Positions 1 to 9,910 of a stretch of 64,000 bases of DNA are shown here, one piece after another. A model generated the notes under the pieces. That model did no database searches and was not told where the DNA came from. It saw only the letters and a list, made by a program, of their open reading frames with translations. Positions within the stretch are counted from its first letter, which is position 1, and every line of letters begins with the position of its first letter. The position numbers and the translations under genes are program-made. The stretch is from a bacterium (GTDB taxonomy: Bacteria > UBA8248): contig OZ241326.1 of NCBI GenBank assembly GCA_965199855.1, forward strand, positions 1,440,001 through 1,504,000, in the 5' to 3' direction.

Positions 1-625
1 CGCCTACGTGAACCGGCTCTCGCGCGACGCCGACGCGATCGTGATGGGGATGTCGGGCGGGGCGGCGATCAAGTCGATGCTCGCCTTGGGCGATACGGGC
101 CTCAACAGGAAGTCCAAAATCGTCGGGCCGGCGTCCGTGTGCGACGTGAACACCATCACCCAGCAGGGCAAAAGCGCCGTCGGCGGGTTCTATCTCCATC
201 GCTATTCGCCGGTCCACGACCTCAAGGGGTCGCCGTTCGACAACGCCCCGAACCGTGCGTTCCGCAGGGAATTCATGGCGCTGAGCAAGGGCGCGCTGCC
301 GAGCGGGTTCGCCCAGGCGCAGTTCACCGGGATGAACGTGATCAAACGGGCGATGGGGGCCGTCAAGGACCAGAGCAAGAAGGAGGACACGGTCCGGATG
401 ATTCAGTGGCTCGAGGGCGGCGACACGCCCATGGGCCGGGGGCGGCTGTTCTCCCAGGGCGGCGATTTTCCGCAGGGCGATATCTACCTGCGCGGCTCCG
501 ATCATCAGGGCTTCGTCGATTTCTACATGACGACCGTGGACGAGAATCTTCACTTCAGGATCATCGGCGGCAAGGTGCCGATGAAGACGACGCTCTACGA
601 CCCCAAATTCAGCAGCTGCGCTTGA
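1..625 (+). CDS. ABC transporter substrate-binding protein, LivK-like (5' end outside window)
   Basis: The frame is open from the window edge. The C-terminus G..YLRGSDHQG resembles periplasmic binding protein type 1, and the gene lies directly upstream of livG/F/H/M-like genes. Confidence 0.7.
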   Translation, partial: AYVNRLSRDADAIVMGMSGGAAIKSMLALGDTGLNRKSKIVGPASVCDVNTITQQGKSAVGGFYLHRYSPVHDLKGSPFDNAPNRAFRREFMALSKGALPSGFAQAQFTGMNVIKRAMGAVKDQSKKEDTVRMIQWLEGGDTPMGRGRLFSQGGDFPQGDIYLRGSDHQGFVDFYMTTVDENLHFRIIGGKVPMKTTLYDPKFSSCA

Positions 626-651
626 TCTTGCCGCGCGGGGAAGGGCTTCGC

Positions 652-1407
652 GTGTCCGGGTGCATTCTTGAAACGAAGTCTCTGACCAAGGCGTTCGGCG
701 CGCTGGTCGCCGTTGACCACGTGGATTTTCGGTTGCCGAAAGGCCAGTTGCGCGCCGTCATCGGCCCGAACGGCGCGGGCAAGAGCGCGTTTTTCAGCAT
801 GTTGATGGGCGCGCAGCGCCCGTCGAGCGGCGAGATACGCATTAACGGGGTCGAGACGTCCCGCATGAGGCCCCATAGAATCAGCCGGCTGGGCGTCAGC
901 CTGGCCTTTCAGATCACCAACATATTTCCGAACCTTACGGTGAGGGACAATCTGCGCCTCGCCGCGCAGAACCGCGCCATGAGCTTCAATCCGTTCCGCA
1001 ATGCCGTCAGCCGTCGAAGCGTCGAGAAGAAGGTGGACGAGCCGCTCCATGAAATCGGGCTGGCCGGGAAGGGGGAGGAGCCGGCCTCCAGCCTCGCGCA
1101 TGGAGAGCAGAAATATCTGGAAATCGGCCTCGCGCTCGCCCTCTCGCCCGAACTGCTGCTCCTCGATGAGCCCACCGCCGGAATGAGCGCTGTCGAAACC
1201 GAGCGGACGGCCGGCCTGATCAAGCGGCTGTCCGAGAAGCTCAGCATCGTTCTCGTCGAGCACGACATGGAGGTGGTCATGGCCATCGCCGAGAAGATCA
1301 GCGTGTTTCACCAAGGCCGAATCATCGCGGAGGGGACTCCGGACGAGATAAAGAACGACGATGACGCGCAGCGCGTCTATCTGAGAACCTCCGATGCTGC
1401 GTCTTGA
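652..1407 (+). CDS. ABC transporter ATP-binding protein, LivG-like
   Basis: Walker A GPNGAGKS, LAHGEQK signature, LLDEPTAG and VEHDM; GTG start at 652. Confidence 0.85.
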   Translation: MSGCILETKSLTKAFGALVAVDHVDFRLPKGQLRAVIGPNGAGKSAFFSMLMGAQRPSSGEIRINGVETSRMRPHRISRLGVSLAFQITNIFPNLTVRDNLRLAAQNRAMSFNPFRNAVSRRSVEKKVDEPLHEIGLAGKGEEPASSLAHGEQKYLEIGLALALSPELLLLDEPTAGMSAVETERTAGLIKRLSEKLSIVLVEHDMEVVMAIAEKISVFHQGRIIAEGTPDEIKNDDDAQRVYLRTSDAAS

Positions 1408-2106
1408 GGCCGTCCACTCGTATTACGACAAGAGCCACGTCCTGCAGGGGGTAAGCCTTGCGGTCGGAAAGGGCGAGACGGTCTCTCTGCTCGGGCGGAA
1501 CGGCGTGGGCAAATCGACCACCATGCGGACGATCATGGGCCTCACGCCGCCGCGCCGCGGTCAGGTCTTTTTCGAGGAGTGCGACGTCACCGGCGTCCCG
1601 CCCTACAGGGCGGCGGCCCTCGGCATCGGCTACGTGCCGAAAACCGACAGGTGTTCCCGAGGCTGTCCGTCGTGCAGAATCTGCGCATCGGCCTCGACCT
1701 GCTGAAATTGAGCGAGGGGGAGAAGCGGAGGAATCTGGACTCCGTATATGAATCGTTTCCCCGCTTGAGGGAGCGGGCGAATCAGGTCGGCTCGACCCTT
1801 TCGGGCGGAGAGCAGCAGATGCTCGCTCTGGCGCGGGCGATTGTCACCAAGCCGAAGCTCATCCTGCTTGATGAGCCGACCGAGGGCCTGATGCCGGCCA
1901 TGGTCGGCGAGATCGAGCAGATTATCCGGTGGATGAGCGAGGAGCTCGGCATCGCCATCCTCCTCGTCGAGCAGGATTATCGCCTCGCTCTGCGGGCGAG
2001 CGCGCGGTGCTACATCATGGCCAAGGGGCGGATCGTCCACAGCGGCGATTCGGGCGGCGTCCTGGCCGGCGCGGGGATTCTCCGCGAGTATCTGGGAGTC
2101 TCGTGA
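1394..2106 (+). pseudogene. ABC transporter ATP-binding protein, LivF-like, frameshifted near 1640
   Basis: The N-terminal half (GRNGVGKST...GYVP) and the C-terminal half (ENRQVF...LSGGEQQM...LLDEP) are in different frames. One base is missing at CCG|AAAAC. Confidence 0.75.
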
Positions 2107-2990
2107 TGGAGCAGTTTCTCGAGCGCCTGATCATCGAATCCGTCATGGGACTCCAGAACGGCCTCGTGCTGGCGCTGGTCGCCGCGGGCTTCACCCTCAT
2201 CCTCGGCGTGATGAACATCGTCAATTTCGCGCACGGGGAGTTCTACATGGCCGGCGCGTTCGCCGGCTGGCTCGCGCTGAAGTTCGGAGGCGACGCGGTC
2301 GGCTTCTGGGGCGCGGCGGCTATCGCGGGAGTCGTCGTCGCCGCCTTCGGGTTCGCCGTCGAACGCAGCCTGTTCAGGACGACGCACGGGGGAAATCCGT
2401 TTATTCCGCTGCTGGTGTCGTTCGGGCTGGCGCTCGTGCCGCAGCAGGCGGCCCTGACCATTTTCGGCACCATCGGGAAGTTCATGCCCGCGCCGATCCG
2501 GGCCTCGATTCCTTTTTTCGACCTGGAATTCCCCCTGTACCGAATCGTCATCATGGGCGTCGCCGCGCTCATCATGCTCCTGCTCTGGCTGTTCATCACG
2601 CGGTCGAAATGGGGGGTGTGGATTCAGGCGACCACCCAGAACCGGGAAATGGCCGCCTGCATGGGCGTGCCGGTGCCCAGGGTGTAGCAGCTGGTCTTTT
2701 CGGTGGGGTGCGGGCTGGCCGCGATGAGCGGCGTCCTCGTCGCTCCGATATTCAGCGTCTCTTATTCCATGGGGGCGGACATCATCGTCGCCGCCTTCAT
2801 CGTCGTCGTCGTGGGCGGCCTCGGCAGCCTGCCGGGGACGATGCTCGCCGCCCTCCTGATCGGCGAGCTGGAGGCGATCGGCTCGATCTTCCTGTCCGGC
2901 TCCCAGCCGCAGATTCTCAGTCTCGTCGTCCTCATGGTGTTCCTGGTTTTCCGGCCCAACGGATTGATGGGCGAGAGAGGGCTTGAATGA
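2106..2990 (+). pseudogene. Branched-chain amino acid ABC permease, LivH-like, with in-frame TAG at 2685-2687
   Basis: VNFAHGEFYM motif. The frame continues after PRV* as QLVF...VVVGGLGS...FRPNGLMG. Confidence 0.75.
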
Positions 2991-4120
2991 TCGCCCTCGC
3001 GCTTCGGGTGGGGGTTCCGGTCGCCGCCCTGATCGGGGTGGCCTTCTGGCTTCTGCCCGCGTCGGCGGCGTCGCGGCTGCTCGCCGCGCTCGCTTCGCTG
3101 CCGCTCATCGTATGGGGTCTGGCGAGGATGCCCGACCGGATGAAGATCGCCGTTCAGCCGTTCTTCGGCGTCCGGTATGCCGCCCCCGCCGTCTTCGCCG
3201 TCGGGCTGAGCCTGCCTCTTTGGGCCGGCGACTTCGAGCAGCGGTTTTTCAGCGAGATGCTCATCCTGGGCCTGCTGGCCATGAGCCTCGACGTCATGAT
3301 GGGCTTCGTCGGGCTCGCCAGCTTCGCCCACGCCGCCCTGGCGGGCGTGGCGGCCTACGCCGCCGCGATCATGCTGACCCGGTTCGGATGGAGCCCCTGG
3401 GCGGCGATTGCGTTCGCCCTCGCCGCGGGGACGGCGCTCACGACCTGCATAGGGGCGTTCTCCGTCCGCGCGCGAGACATCTACTTCGGCATCATCACGC
3501 TGGTTTTCGGCAGCGTCGCCTTCATCGTGGCGAACTCTTGGGTCTCCGTGACCAACGGCGAGGACGGCATGACGATCGAGCCTCCCGCGCTCGATTTCTT
3601 CGGCCTGTTCGCGGTCGATAGCGGCTCGTTCGCTCATTTCTGGTATCTGACTTTCGGCGTCGTGTTCCTTTCCTACCTGTGTCTGCGGGTTTTTCTCCGC
3701 TCGCCCGTCGGTCTCGTGTTCCGGGGCATTCGGGAAAACGAGCGGCGCGCCGCCTATCTGGGCTACAGCGTCAACGCCTACAAGATATTCAACACGGCCG
3801 TTTCCGGCTTCTTCACCTCGATGGCGGGGGCGCTGCTGTTGCTGAAGAACGGCATCATCGGCACGGAGCAGATGGACGTCATCCACTCCGGCGAGGTGGT
3901 GATCTGGTCGGTCGTCGGCGGGCTGGGAACCCTTGTCGGCCCCTTCATCGGCGCGAGCTTCGTCCACGTCCTCAACGATTTTCTGGGCGAGCATACCGAG
4001 CGGGCAATTCTGATCATCGGCCTGTTTTTCATCATCACGATACTACTGGCTCCGAGGGGCATCGTCGGCTCGATCATCCAGGTGTGGCGGATTCGGAAAT
4101 CGACCGGGGAGGGGCGGTGA
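2987..4120 (+). CDS. Branched-chain amino acid ABC permease, LivM-like
   Basis: GLASFAHA, YFGIITL, TNGEDG, IRENERRA and VVGGLGT motifs; ATGA overlap with livH. Confidence 0.85.
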   Translation: MIALALRVGVPVAALIGVAFWLLPASAASRLLAALASLPLIVWGLARMPDRMKIAVQPFFGVRYAAPAVFAVGLSLPLWAGDFEQRFFSEMLILGLLAMSLDVMMGFVGLASFAHAALAGVAAYAAAIMLTRFGWSPWAAIAFALAAGTALTTCIGAFSVRARDIYFGIITLVFGSVAFIVANSWVSVTNGEDGMTIEPPALDFFGLFAVDSGSFAHFWYLTFGVVFLSYLCLRVFLRSPVGLVFRGIRENERRAAYLGYSVNAYKIFNTAVSGFFTSMAGALLLLKNGIIGTEQMDVIHSGEVVIWSVVGGLGTLVGPFIGASFVHVLNDFLGEHTERAILIIGLFFIITILLAPRGIVGSIIQVWRIRKSTGEGR

Positions 4121-4429
4121 CCGTGCGGCTCGCCCACGCCCTTCTCCGCCCCGCAGACGAAGCCTCTCGACCATCGCCGGGCGAAGGCGCCGCCCAGGCG
4201 GCCCTCTCCCCTGGCTTTTCCCGACCCGCGCATTTGCCCGCATTTGCGCCTGGGCGAGACGCGCGGGAGAAGTTATATTCCGGGCGTCGTTCGTTCGGCG
4301 CTTGATTCCGTTGGCGCTTCCTTCTTGAAGGGGTGGAAAAGATGACGCGGCTTCTTCGGGGCATGGAGGCGTTCGGGGCGGGCGTCCGGCGCGCCTCACG
4401 CCCCGGGGGAGCGGGAAATTCGATAAATA

Positions 4430-4516
4430 TATGCAAAAGATGAACATGCGCAAAAACCGACAAATTCAAAGCTTTTTCCAACAAATTCCCAACCTTTTCC
4501 GACCCTTTTTAAGACC
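4430..4516. repeat. Degenerate phased A/T-tract repeat, related to 22097-22200 in inverted orientation
   Basis: acaaattcccaaccttttccgaccctttttaagacc closely matches the reverse complement of about 22137-22172 (acaaattcccgaccatttccagcccttttgacgacc). Confidence 0.55.
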
Positions 4517-4698
4517 GATACGCCTTGTTTTCACGACGGGAAAGTCGCCGTCCGGAGCCGCTCTCTCCTCCGCGCAGTTTCATAACTCATTGTTTTGTAT
4601 GGAAAAATAACGGCTCTCCCTCGCCTCCGGGCGTCCCGCCCCGGCGCGTTCGACCTGTGATAGACTCTCTGAACGTTTTTTCGGAGGATCGCGCCGTG

Positions 4699-5508
4699 AT
4701 GCTCGAGGGCAGGAAGATCATCGTGACGGGAGGGGGCAGCGGCATCGGCCGCGCCGCGTGCGTCCTGGCCGCCGCCGAAGGCACCGACGTCGCCGTGGCC
4801 GACATCGACCCGGAAACCGCCGCCTCAACGGCCGCCATGGTGGAGGAGAAAGGCGCGAGGGCGATCCCGATAGAGATGGACGCCTCGAAGAAGGCCGACG
4901 CCGGGCGCATGGCGGCGGAGGCGGTCCGCGCCTTCGGGACGATAGACGGCCTCGTTTGCTGCGCGATCAAGCTCGTGCCGGGGAGACTGGAAGATTTGCC
5001 CGAAGCGGACTGGGACATGGTGATGGACACCGGGCTGAAGGGCTATTTCCTCTGCGCCCAGGCGGCGGGGCGGGTGATGCTGGAGAAGGGAGCGGGCTCC
5101 ATCGTCTTCGTATCCTCGATAGGCGGGATGCAGACCTACCCCCTGGCGGGTGCCTACAGCGTCTGCAAGGCGGGGGCCATCATGCTGGCCAGGCTCTTCG
5201 GCGTGGAATGGGGCGGGCGCGGCGTTCGCGCGAACGCCGTCTCCCCGGGCCAGACGCGCACCCCGATGACGGAAGCCATGTTTCAGGACCCCGAGATCGC
5301 GGCGGGGCGCGCCGCCGTGGTGCCGATGGGCCGCGTGGCGGCGCCCGAGGATATCGCGCAGGGCTGCGTGTTTCTGCTCTCGGACAGGGCGGGATACATC
5401 ACGGCGGCGAACCTGCCCATCGACGGCGGACAGGTGGAGAGCAAGATGATCCACACCCCCGGGCGGAGCTGGGGCGGCAGGGAGATAGCCTACAGGGGGG
5501 CTTCATAG
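4699..5508 (+). CDS. SDR family NAD(P)-dependent oxidoreductase
   Basis: TGGGSGIG, YSVCK and NAVSPG motifs; GGAGG ribosome-binding site upstream. Confidence 0.9.
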   Translation: MLEGRKIIVTGGGSGIGRAACVLAAAEGTDVAVADIDPETAASTAAMVEEKGARAIPIEMDASKKADAGRMAAEAVRAFGTIDGLVCCAIKLVPGRLEDLPEADWDMVMDTGLKGYFLCAQAAGRVMLEKGAGSIVFVSSIGGMQTYPLAGAYSVCKAGAIMLARLFGVEWGGRGVRANAVSPGQTRTPMTEAMFQDPEIAAGRAAVVPMGRVAAPEDIAQGCVFLLSDRAGYITAANLPIDGGQVESKMIHTPGRSWGGREIAYRGAS

Positions 5509-5573
5509 GGCGAGGACGCGCGAGGGCGGAACCCGGCCCGCGAGAGGGCTGGACGGGGAGAAGGAGAGCGGGC

Positions 5574-6353
5574 ATGGGCCGTTTCGATGGCGCCGTCTGC
5601 ATCGTGGCGGGAGGCGCCCGGGGCATCGGCGCCAAGACGTGTGAAATGTACGTGGAGCAGGGAGGCCGCGTCCTCATCGGGGACGTGAACGAGGCGCTGG
5701 GCGTCGAGCTGGAGGACAGGCTCGGCAAGGAGAGAGCGGCGTTTCAGAGACTCGACGTGACGGATGAGGCGTCCTGCCGGGCGGCGGTGGAGCGCGCGGC
5801 GGGCGAGTTCGGCGGCCTGGACCATCTGGTGAACTGCGCCGTCAGGATGCAGCCCGCCCCCTTGGTCGATTTGCCTCTGGCGAGCTGGAAGCTGGTGCTG
5901 GACGTTGGTCTTACGGGCATGTTTCTGATGTGTCAGGCGGCGGGCCGCTGGCTGATGGAGAACGGGAGGCCGGGCGTCATCGTGAACCTGTCCTCGAACG
6001 CGGGCGTTCAGCCCTACGGCATGTCGGGGGCCTACAGCACGGCGAAGGCGGGCATCATCATGCTCTCCAAGCAGCTGGGCATCGAATGGGCGCGCAAGGG
6101 AATTCGCGTGAACGCCGTGTGTCCCGGCCACACGGAGACGCCGCTGACGGCCTATCTGCAGGATCCCGAAATCAAGAAGGGCAGAAGCGACGTGACGCCT
6201 CTGGGCCGCGTGGGCCAGCCGGTGGATGTAGCGCGCGGCGTCCTGTTTCTGCTCTCGGAGGAATCCGACTGGATTACGGCTTCGCGCCTCGACATCGACG
6301 GCGGCATCCTGAGCAGCGTCTATAATCACATGCCGGGCAGGAAGTGGGACTGA
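5574..6353 (+). CDS. SDR family NAD(P)-dependent oxidoreductase
   Basis: AGGARGIG, YSTAK and NAVCPG motifs; AGGAG ribosome-binding site. Confidence 0.9.
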   Translation: MGRFDGAVCIVAGGARGIGAKTCEMYVEQGGRVLIGDVNEALGVELEDRLGKERAAFQRLDVTDEASCRAAVERAAGEFGGLDHLVNCAVRMQPAPLVDLPLASWKLVLDVGLTGMFLMCQAAGRWLMENGRPGVIVNLSSNAGVQPYGMSGAYSTAKAGIIMLSKQLGIEWARKGIRVNAVCPGHTETPLTAYLQDPEIKKGRSDVTPLGRVGQPVDVARGVLFLLSEESDWITASRLDIDGGILSSVYNHMPGRKWD

Positions 6354-6628
6354 AGCGGGCGATTGAGAAACGGGGCGCGCCCTGCTAGGCTTTTTCCATT
6401 GCTTCGACCGCCCGAGGCGAGGCCGCGCGTGAAAACGGCGCCGCATCCGGTTCGCTCCCTCCCCCGTCTCCCGCTTGCCGCCGGGGGCCGCGGCCCCTGG
6501 CCTCTCGGGCGCGGAGGCGGGCCGCTTCGATCTTCTCGGCCCGGGGCGGATGCCGAGCCTCCCGCTCTTTCTTCCGGGGATGGCGTCCCGTCGCCGGGTT
6601 CTCCCTCATCTCACAAGGAGTTTCTCGC

Positions 6629-6910
6629 ATGAAAAAATTCGCCTTTCTCGCCGCTTCGATTCTGATGACGCCCGCCATGGCCTTCGCGAACGGGGAGCCT
6701 CGCATGGGAATCGGCGCGGGCCTCGTTCTCTCCGTCGTCTATGGCCTGGTCGGCATCGTTCTGCTGATGATCGGCTACAAGATTTTCGAGTGGATCACGC
6801 CGTTCTCGGTGAACGACGCGCTCTCCAAGGATCAGAACCGGGCGGTGGGAATCGTGGTGGGGGCGATATTCCTCGGCGTGGCGCTCATCGTGGCGGCGGC
6901 GCTGGGATAG
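6629..6910 (+). CDS. DUF350 family small membrane protein
   Basis: GYKIFEWITPF...N.AVGIVVGAIF pattern; AAGGAG ribosome-binding site. Confidence 0.75.
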   Translation: MKKFAFLAASILMTPAMAFANGEPRMGIGAGLVLSVVYGLVGIVLLMIGYKIFEWITPFSVNDALSKDQNRAVGIVVGAIFLGVALIVAAALG

Positions 6911-6986
6911 TGAACCCGCGCCTCGCCGCTCTTCTCGCCTCCCGAACCGGAAGCATGCGGACGAGCGGCCGCGGGGCGGACGCGGC

Positions 6987-7691
6987 ATGATGACGCGAAC
7001 GGCGGAAACGGCGGATATGGCGATACCGCTTGCGGATCCGCTTTTCTTCTCCCTGCAGGGAGAAGGCGCCTCCATCGGCCGCCCGTCCGTATTCGTTCGC
7101 CTCATGGGCTGCTCGGTGGGCTGCGCGTGGTGCGACACGAAGTATTCCTGGTCGGGTCCTCCGGTCGCGGAGGAGACGATTTCCGGGATTCTGGATTTTT
7201 GCGGGCGTCACGACGGCGCCCAGGTGGTGGTGACGGGGGGAGAGCCTCTCGAATCCCCGAAATTCGCGGCGCTCGTCGAGTCGCTTCATCGCGCCGGCCT
7301 GCGGGTGGAGGTAGAGACGGCCGGCCACGTTCCGCCGTCCGAAGACGCTCTCGAACGGGTGGACCAGTGGAACGTCTCGCCCAAACTCAGGTCGGCGCGG
7401 ATTTCGGAGGAAAAGCGGCCCGAAACCCTTGACTGGTTGCGCCGGGCCAGCGAGCCTCACCTCAAATTCGTGGCGCATCAGGCGGAAGAAATCGCTGAGG
7501 TCGAGGCTTTTCTGGAAGAATACGGCCTTGACGACTTTCCGCGAAGCCGCGTCATCATTTCCCCGGGGGGCAAAACGAGCGAGCAGGCGCAAGGCAGGCT
7601 GCTGCCCCTGGCGGAGGCCGCCATGAATCGCGGCTTCCGGTTCACCCCCAGGCTTCACGTTCTCCTGTGGGGGGACAAGCGGGGGGCATAG
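6987..7691 (+). CDS. queE: 7-carboxy-7-deazaguanine synthase-like radical SAM protein
   Basis: FFSLQGEG, CSVGCAWCDT, VTGGEP, VETAG, SPK and C-terminal RLHVLLWG. The start may be at 7017. Confidence 0.8.
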   Translation: MMTRTAETADMAIPLADPLFFSLQGEGASIGRPSVFVRLMGCSVGCAWCDTKYSWSGPPVAEETISGILDFCGRHDGAQVVVTGGEPLESPKFAALVESLHRAGLRVEVETAGHVPPSEDALERVDQWNVSPKLRSARISEEKRPETLDWLRRASEPHLKFVAHQAEEIAEVEAFLEEYGLDDFPRSRVIISPGGKTSEQAQGRLLPLAEAAMNRGFRFTPRLHVLLWGDKRGA

Positions 7692-7868
7692 GGTTTTCCG
7701 CCTGAAAATGTTCGCGGCGGTTCGTTCAAGGAATGCCGGCGCGCGAGCGATTTCCTCCGCTTCGGCGGCGCATGGCGCAGGGAGCGCCCGATAATCGTCG
7801 AAACCAGGCGCGGGGCGGGCGGAAAAGCGCCCTCTCTCAAGGGCTTGGTCGGATTTGATGACATAAGA

Positions 7869-7903
7869 ACGCCCCGCCGGGAAGCGCCGACGGGGCGTCT
7901 TTT
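7869..7903. terminator. Intrinsic terminator between convergent queE and AOR genes
   Basis: acgccccg-loop-cggggcgt stem followed by cttttc. Confidence 0.55.
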
Positions 7904-7920
7904 CGTTCGGCTGCCCGCGC

Positions 7921-9789
7921 TCAGGCGGGAAGGGCGATGCCCTCCTCCTCCGTGAGCCTGTCCCAGTTCGCCTCGGTTCGCTTCTTGAGCTCGTCCATGA
8001 ACTCGCGCGTGATGAAGCTGGGCATCTTCACGTTTTCGTTCGCCGCCTCATACACGCGGGCGGGCACGTCGTATTCCTCGTCCGTGTAGCCCACTTTCTT
8101 CTCCAGCAGGCGTCCCCGCAGGTAGGAGCGCCTGATGGCCTGGTTCACGGCCTCTTCCGTCAGCGAGAGGCCGAACATGTCGTTCAGGCTGGCGACGACG
8201 TTCTCGTTCGGCGCTCCCGCGAATTTGCAGGTTCCGATGAGGTCGTCCCGCGTATAGTAGATGCCGTTCAGGATGGCGTTTTCCCAATAGTCGATGTCCG
8301 TTTGCTGGCCGTCCAGGATGAGGAGCAGGAACGTGCGCATGCTCATGTGGCCGCCGGCCAGCGCCCAGGGGTAGCCCGGGTTCGTTTCCGGCAGATAGGC
8401 CGGGTATTCAAGGCCCTTGCCCTGCATGGCGAAGGAGAGGTCGCCGCACTGCTGGGCGAGGCGCATGGTGCCCTGCGCCAGCTCCTCGCACTCGCCCGCC
8501 GCCGCCCTGCGAATGAGCTCCCCCATCTTTTGGGCGTCGCCGAAGCGGATGCCCTCCAGCACGGGCTTGTCCGGGTTTCTTTCGTTCCACTCCATGGCGT
8601 AGCTGATGGTGGCGCCCAGGCTGATGGCGTCGTAGCCCATGCGGTCGCCCAGTTCGACGAGATCGAGGGACTCCTCCGGATCATAGACGCCGCAGTTCGC
8701 CGTGATGAGGTCGAGCGGCTCGTAGTCGAACTTGACCCTGAACTTCCCTTTTTTCGCCTTCCTGCCCTCGGCAGTTTCTCCCTCGGGGCGGTCGTAGATG
8801 TTCTTGTGGCACGCGATGCCGCATTTGAAGCAGGACTCGTCCTTGATCACGTAGGGCTCTTCAAAGCTGCCGCGGTAGAGCTGAACGGCTTCGTCGCTTC
8901 CCGGCGCCCAGAAGTTTCTCTCGGGCAGGCATCCCAGAGGGTGCAGACCCGCGATGTTTCTCCACGTGCCGCCGCCGCCGTCGGCCTTGTGGGCGTCGCG
9001 GTAATTTTTGGAGCCGGCGCCCCGGGAGATGACCTTGTTCGCCTCCTTGACGACGCTTGTGACGGCCGCTTTGTCGTCGGGCGCCTGCGCGACGATGGCG
9101 ATAAGGTTTTTCGACCCCATCACGCCGCCGAAGCCGCCGCGCCCGCAGAATCTCGGCTTGCACTCCCTCGTCTTGAGCTGGTTCTCGGTGCTGAGGACGA
9201 TGGAGGCCATCCGGTTCGTCTCGTAGTTCTCCCCTGGCGGGCCGACGACGGCGAAGTGCGCGTCTTCGTATTCCTCGGCGAGCGCCATGATTTTCTCGTG
9301 CGAGTCCCTGCCCAGCAGGGGCGAGGCGTCCACGAGCTCCATGCGCGCCGGCCCGCCGAGAGCGTCGCTTCGGATCACGAGCGTGACGGGCTTCTCGCTT
9401 CTGCCCGTAAAGATGATCTCGTCGATGCCCGCGCAGGCCACCTTGGTGCCGAATTTGCCCGAGCCCGCCGAATACATGGCCGAGGGCGCGCCCGCGCGCG
9501 TGCTCTTGAGGGGGCTGTAGCCGCCGAAGAAAGTTCTCAGGCCCGTCATCAGGTTCGTGCCCGAAAAGCAGCCGAGCTCCATGACGAGCGGAGCGCGGGG
9601 GTCATAGGGGTCGGATACGTCATGGTGTGAGAGGATTTTGAAAATCCTGCCGATGCCGCCAAGAAAATCCTCCAGATCCTCGCAGGGCCTGTCCTCGACC
9701 GTGATGTCGCCGCTGCCGAGATCGACGGCGGCGCTTCTGTATCTGTAGTCGGTGACCGCGTTGTTTCCGTTCCTGGCGTCCGTCCACAT
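7921..9789 (-). CDS. Aldehyde:ferredoxin oxidoreductase family (W/Mo-pterin, 4Fe-4S)
   Basis: YSPLK, GRGGFGGVMGSKNLIAI, CFKCGIAC, DYE, D..GYDAIS and KGLEYPAY motifs; CAGGAGG ribosome-binding site before ATG 9789. Confidence 0.88.
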   Translation of the reverse strand: MWTDARNGNNAVTDYRYRSAAVDLGSGDITVEDRPCEDLEDFLGGIGRIFKILSHHDVSDPYDPRAPLVMELGCFSGTNLMTGLRTFFGGYSPLKSTRAGAPSAMYSAGSGKFGTKVACAGIDEIIFTGRSEKPVTLVIRSDALGGPARMELVDASPLLGRDSHEKIMALAEEYEDAHFAVVGPPGENYETNRMASIVLSTENQLKTRECKPRFCGRGGFGGVMGSKNLIAIVAQAPDDKAAVTSVVKEANKVISRGAGSKNYRDAHKADGGGGTWRNIAGLHPLGCLPERNFWAPGSDEAVQLYRGSFEEPYVIKDESCFKCGIACHKNIYDRPEGETAEGRKAKKGKFRVKFDYEPLDLITANCGVYDPEESLDLVELGDRMGYDAISLGATISYAMEWNERNPDKPVLEGIRFGDAQKMGELIRRAAAGECEELAQGTMRLAQQCGDLSFAMQGKGLEYPAYLPETNPGYPWALAGGHMSMRTFLLLILDGQQTDIDYWENAILNGIYYTRDDLIGTCKFAGAPNENVVASLNDMFGLSLTEEAVNQAIRRSYLRGRLLEKKVGYTDEEYDVPARVYEAANENVKMPSFITREFMDELKKRTEANWDRLTEEEGIALPA

Positions 9790-9910
9790 TTTTATGCCCG
9801 CCTCCTGTGAATATGTCGTATGCGATTTCAGGCTTCTATTGTTTTCCCGCGCTCTCGACCGGGAATTATTCCGTTTTTCGCCCGGCCGGGCAAGGGGCGA
9901 GCGTGCCCCG

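Noticed and set aside
1635-1645. Programmed -1 frameshift in livF
   Set aside because: There is no X XXY YYZ slippery heptamer, and a half ATPase has no evident use.
2685-2687. TAG as a pyrrolysine codon
   Set aside because: It lies in a permease at a position usually Tyr, no pyl genes are in the window, and the neighbouring gene is also damaged.
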